NCBI RefSeq assembly: GCF_009914755.1
Contig: NC_060932.1
Strand: one strand, 5' to 3'
DNA: 64,000 nucleotides
DNA from: the human T2T-CHM13v2.0 reference genome, Homo sapiens
Shown here one piece after another: positions 58,151-64,000 of this stretch. A program made the translations under genes and the position numbers. The notes beneath the pieces were generated by a model. It saw only the letters and a list, made by a program, of their open reading frames with translations, had not been told where the DNA came from and made no database searches. Numbering within the stretch: position 1 is the first letter of the stretch; each line of letters begins with the position of its first letter.

Positions 58151-60023
58151 TAGCACAAAATAATTTTGCAACCTGTTCTGTAATCTTTCTGCCCTCCAGG
58201 AAATAAATCACTACTGGGTAGGGATGGGTCACTCAGGAAAGCAATACTCTAGAGACAGAATTCCGTTATCTTATAGTCCACATCAGAAGGCAGAATCCTC
58301 TGAACATAGCATATTTTAAAATCAAGCTCCATTCTAAGGAACAATAGTAAAAAGCATCATGCAATCTTACACTTTGTTCACTCAGGGCCAGAGAGTACTT
58401 CTACAATTTTTAGCCAAGATAATTGCATGTCTTTAACACGACTAAATTCTCCAATGACTATGCATTTCTAAAATAATTTTTAATTTTAGAATTAAAAAAT
58501 ACTTTAGAAATAATTAGAAATGGTTTTAATGGTTATATAAATCTAATACCTTTTCTCTGTCAACATTCGTTCTCCACTAAAAAAATAAAAATCTGAGTGG
58601 GTATGGTGAGAAGGCCTTATTCAAAGATTCATAGAAAAATTTCTTTGTCTAACCGTAGACACATTTCAACAATGGACTTAGAATGTGTAAAGTAAAAGCA
58701 ATTGTAAAGTGACAATGACCTATTTCCCTGTCACCTAAGTATTTTTAATACATTGATTTTTTTATTGGTGTAATTTTACAGGCCATCAATATCAAAAGCA
58801 TTATATGAAACCTAAATGTATATATTTTCTGGCAGAGTTAATGCCATATACAGAAGTGCTAACATAAAATGTGTAAATCACTCCTTTTAGCATCTTCTTG
58901 TTTTTTTTCCCCTTAGCATATTTTCAGAGGAAAATCTGGAGAAAATAAATCCATGTTGACTTGGATGTTGACTCTTCTTTAAATCCATCCTACCATTGGA
59001 TGTGGTTAGCTTTAAATTTCTTACCACCTTATGGGATAGGACACCTCCAAACATTATGTGAATTTTATTTTTTAAATTTTATTTCTTAGTGTTACGTTTG
59101 TGAAACTTACGTTTTGACAAATGGCAAAGTTGACCTGTTGTCATCTAATGACTGAAAAATCAAGGTTATTGTATTATGCTGCAGCCTGATGCCTTTCCCT
59201 CAACAGAGAAATATCCTAATAAAATTGTTTCCATGCCTAGGTGATTACAGATACAGATATAGATATTTGATTTTAATTTTATTAGGAAGACCTCAGTTTT
59301 CCTACCAACTAATGTGAAAGATAGCATCTTTATTGACTCCAACATTATATTTTGAGGCTCGACTCTTCTTAAATTTGGCTTATATTTCATAGTTTACCAT
59401 ATCTTATCTTAGTCTTGAGCCAGGGCACTTTAGAATAATATTAGGAAGCCAAATATTTCTTAGGAACTTTCTTATATAAAATCTACTGCCCAAGTGTTGT
59501 TAAGTCCTCTAAGAAAACTTGAAATTGCCAGAATGCAAATCTTTCTAGAACAACATAAGTACAAGTAGAAATTATTAGTGATTCAAGATACAAATTGAGC
59601 TTAATTATTTCTTGATTGGGAGATCTTTCCACCTTTTCACTATGTACCATGCACTTATTGTATCTATTCAGACCCAAATCCAGGAAGGCCATCCACTCTC
59701 CATGAATGCCCTGGATTCTCTGCCCTGCTCCCCCAAGTGGAGTTGACAGCTCAGTTTTCTGAATTTCTACCATGTCTTGTCATGTCTCAGTTATATGCAA
59801 AGTGTACATACAGAATCTATCTATTCATCAGTACATTATGTGTCAGTAATGTATATATCCACTATTTATATGTCCATTAGTACCCTATGGATTACTTGAA
59901 GGCAGGAATTGCTTTGTAAAAAAATTTTTTGACCAAAAAATGATCATTAAGTGATTAATGGAAGAGTAACCAGCATGAAATGAACATGAATATAGCACAT
60001 GGAAAGTTAAATAATAATACCAG

Positions 60024-60430
60024 TGTTTAAAGAAGAACTTTAGACAATTAAATTTAACAGAGTTTAATTGAGAAAAGAATGATTCATGAATCGGCCAGCC
60101 TCCTGTGCCATGGTAGGCTCAGAGAGACACCAGCACAACCGCATGGTGTAAGAAGACTTAGGGATGGCAAAAGGAAAACGATGTACAGAAAATGGAAGTG
60201 AGGTTAAGAAAAAAAATGGCTAGAATGATTACAGCTCGATCTTTGCCTTATTTGAACATGACTTAAACAGTTGGCCCCCTTTGATTGCCCAAAACTCTAT
60301 GACTGTCACAAGAGTAGGTTACAGCCTGTTTATGGATCCAGTTAGGTTTCAGTTTACTACGTATAGAGAAACCTTTAGGCTGAACTTAAAATGTGCAAGG
60401 AGACAGCTTTGAGCTAAATTTGATTTAATA
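60024..60430 (-). mobile_element. MER57-family ERV1 solo LTR
   Basis: Reverse complement reads aaagctgtctccttgcacattttaagttcagcctaaaggtttctct...tgttcaaataaggcaaa, matching MER57A/B. Confidence 0.85.
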
Positions 60431-61198
60431 CAAGAGAAATAAAAATACTTTATGGACAATGAATGACACCAAAAATACACTCTATAAGCTCAAAGAGTTA
60501 GCTTAGAAAGATCAGGTAAGGGTTTAGGAAGAAATTGGAAATTGAAAAATGACTTGGAATTAGTGTAGCTACAGAAGAAGGAAAACAGTTCCAACCTGGG
60601 ATTATTGAGGTTTTCATGGTAATAAATCACAAATTATTTACCAAATAAAAATATCTTTCCTGGGATGTTAAGTCAGAAATGACAGACTGCATCTTAAGTT
60701 TTACAAAATTGGTATACTATATCTTAATCATTGGGATGATACGGAACTTTCAAAACCAGGAATTCACCCAAGGGGATGTTGAAAATGACAGCCCTAGGCT
60801 CACAGAGTTTTTGATATAGATTGTAAAAGTCTTTTGTTTCAGTTCGTCCTTTGAAGAATGGGATAAAAACTTCTTTTTTCCCTTCCTGCAATAAGTCATC
60901 AATGTGGGGCTATTTTGGGGAGAGGGCTTTAGGCACTTACATTGTCCTCCATGCATTATATGCCAATAGAATAAATGCAAATTTTGTTGGAGCTGTACAG
61001 TCTGTCAGCTCTGGCCCATGCCTCACCTGGTTCCATTAGATTTGATAAATCATCAATGACCTTTGCAAATCTTCCACTTTTTTCTTAAGAGCAGGTACAT
61101 GCTGATTCATAACAGGCACAAACCAATGAAATAATTAAATGTGTTAAGTGTTAAATGTGAAGGAGAAAAAATGATTTGAAAAACAAAAAGAATATTGG

Positions 61199-61822
61199 TA
61201 CATTGGTTAATTTTATGTGTTAGATTGACTGGGCTGAGGGATACTCAGATAGCAGGTACACATTGTTTTTGCGTGTGTTTCCACAAGAGATCCAGATCTG
61301 AATCTGCAGACTGAATAAAGAAGGTCACCCTCATCAATGTGAGTGTATTGCACATCATCAATATTGGCATCACTGTCATCAATGCAGATGGGCATCATCA
61401 ATATTGGCATCACCCTCATTGATGTAGGTGACCTTCATCAACATGGGCATCACCTTCATCAATGTGGCATCATTCGATCTGTTGAGAGACTGGTAGAACA
61501 ATAAGATAGAGGAAGGGCAAATTTGCTGTCACAGCTTGAGCTCTGCCATCCATGTTCTCCCACCCTCAGACACCTGTGCTCTTAGTTCTTGGGCCTCTGG
61601 ACTTGAAACAGGACTTATGCCATCAGTTTTCCTGGTTCCCAGACCTTTGCACTAATGTTAAATTATAGCACTGGCTTTTCTGGGCCTCCAGCTTGCAGAC
61701 TTCAGGTTGGGGAACTTCTCAGCCTTCATAATTGCAAGAACCAATCCCTCATAATAAACCTGCTTTTATATATCAATATATATCCTATTGGTTCTGTTTC
61801 TCTAGATAAATCTGATAAAATA
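61199..61822 (+). mobile_element. MLT2 (ERVL) solo LTR with internal tandem expansion
   Basis: tggttaattttatgtg...gggatactcagatagc...ctccagcttgcagac...cctattggttctgtttctct. Confidence 0.88.
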
Positions 61823-62649
61823 GGTCCTTAGAAAACCTGCTTTAATGCTTCAGTGCAATTCTAGATACACTAAAGTAATGAAGAATAAGTGGTTCCTTGA
61901 AAGCTTTCATTAATGCTTGGATCCAGAGGTCAAGAGATGATTGATTTTTCCAATTATACATTGATATTGATATTGACATGGATATTACTCTATGGCAGAA
62001 GCCTTTGTTTACCTCAGGAAAATGAAGAAAAGTGAAATATGAGTGTCCCAAGTCCATCTGAACTAAAAAAATAAAAAATCCTGAAAAGCCAAACAAAATC
62101 TTCACTGTACTAGTCAATATTTCAGCCCAGATTGGCTGGTAAAGTTGTAAAATTGTCAGGCCTTCTAGCATTCCAATTTGAAGTTTTCTTTTTCCCTACT
62201 GGTAGTATTCCTTATACGTCTCAACCAAGTCTTTGTGGAAAATCATACTCCATGTTTCTAATAATGGCCAATATTTATTGAGCCCTTATTATGTGCCTGA
62301 CTTAAGTATATTTCAACTCTTTGCCACAATAATGCTCAAAATTACTGTATTATCTTACTGTCTCCTTATGCAGATATGAAATCTGAGGGGCCAATGAAAT
62401 TTTATCAAATGACACAGCAAATCTTAGACCACACAGCAAATACATGATGAGACCAAAATTTTTAACAGAAGTTCATAGGCTCTTGATCTCTATTTTATAC
62501 TCATATTTGGGACCCCAGAAAAAGTCATCGAATAGATAAACCTATGATATTAATTGATTGAATAGATACACCTATGTGGTTTATCACATAATCAGTAACA
62601 GTAAGAAAACATAATAGTTTAAGAAAGAGTAAATTAATTCTTTCAATTT

Positions 62650-63320
62650 AAAAACATGGTATGTTATTTCATTTATTTGTATCTTTTTCAGTTTCTTTCA
62701 TCAACATTTTACAGTTTTCACTGTACTGATTATTTCACCACCCTTAAGTAAATTTATTCCTAAGTATTTTATTGTTTTTGTAGCTATTTTAATGAGGATT
62801 ATTTTCCTACTTTCGATTTCACATAGTTCATTTTTAGTATATAGAAACACAACTCATTTTTGTATGCTGACTTTGGCATGCTGCAACTTTATTGCATTTA
62901 TTTCTAACAGTTTGTTTGGTGGATTCTTTAGCGATTTCTGTACATAAGATTATATCATCTGCAAACAGAGGCCATTTTACTTCTTCCTTTCAGGCTGGGG
63001 TATCTTTTATTTCTTTTTTCTTATCTAATTGCTCTGCCTAGCACTTCCAGTACTATGTTGAATAGAAATGCCAAGAATGAGCATCCTTGTTTTGGTCCTG
63101 ATCTTAGAGAAAAAGCTTTCAGCTTTTCACCATTGAGTGTTAGCCACCGGTTTGTCATATATGGCTTTTATTAGATTGAGATACATTACTTCTACACTTG
63201 ATTTACTGAAAGCTGTTATTATGAAAGGATGAATTTTGTCAAATGCTTTTTATGCATCATTGAGATGATCATATGATTTTTATGCTTCATTCTGTTAATG
63301 TGTTGTATGATATTTCTATT
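62650..63320 (-). mobile_element. L1MA/L1MB ORF2 fragment
   Basis: aatttattcctaagtatttt...tcatctgcaaacagag...acttccagtactatgttgaatag...cctgatcttagagaaaaagctttcag. Confidence 0.85.
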
Positions 63321-63321
63321 A

Positions 63322-63378
63322 TTTATAAAGGACCCACCCTGTGGTGTTTTGTTATAGCAACACAAATGGACTAAGACA
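63322..63378 (+). mobile_element. MST-type LTR 3' terminal fragment
   Basis: tttataaaggacccacc...gttatagcaacacaaatggactaagaca. Confidence 0.7.
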
Positions 63379-63582
63379 AACCCTTACATAAAAATTATTT
63401 TTGTTTTAAATTTTTTCTAGATAATTCTAACATCTGCATCAATGAATCTGGTTCTAATGATTATTTTGTCTCTTCAGACCGTGTTTTTTCTTGCCTTTTT
63501 GCATTCCTTGTAATTTTTAGTTGAATGCCACATATATTGTATTGGGTAATAGGAACTGAAGTAAATGGGCCTTTAATGTTTG

Positions 63583-63967
<385 letters not shown>

Positions 63968-64000
63968 TGACCTTGTTTCGTCTTCCCTTCCCCTTTTGAG

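Noticed and set aside
61325-61472. CRISPR-like repeat-spacer array
   Set aside because: The units are degenerate tandem repeats without unique spacers, inside a mammalian LTR, with no cas genes.

Overview
This is primate (human or great-ape) non-coding DNA: it is AT-rich and CpG-depleted, and carries AluJ/S/Y, L1PA3-L1PA16, L2, MIR, MaLR/ERVL/ERV1 solo LTRs and DNA-transposon MITEs. I see no host protein-coding exon, RNA gene or CRISPR array. The long ORFs in the track are disabled L1 ORF1/ORF2 pieces, Alu read-through or chance. The dominant structure is a ~13 kb nest at ~30.4-43.6 kb. An ancient antisense L1M there hosts an MLT1A LTR, L1PA4 and L1PA6 3' stubs, two Alus, a piggyBac MER85 MITE and an L1PA16. 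The L1PA16 in turn holds an L1PA3 that has lost its sense promoter and ~1 kb of ORF2 including the reverse-transcriptase core. The most notable items are: the MER85, whose family is bound by the CSB-PGBD3 fusion protein; two short non-tandem local duplications (116 bp at ~91% identity, 147 bp at ~94%); a fold-back templated insertion inside an L1PA7; an orphan A40 tract; a minisatellite that arose inside an MLT2 LTR; and an ERV1 LTR with CCAAT, TATA and AATAAA motifs still in order. I found no evidence of a new gene system. Subfamily calls come from recalled consensus diagnostics and need RepeatMasker/Dfam confirmation.
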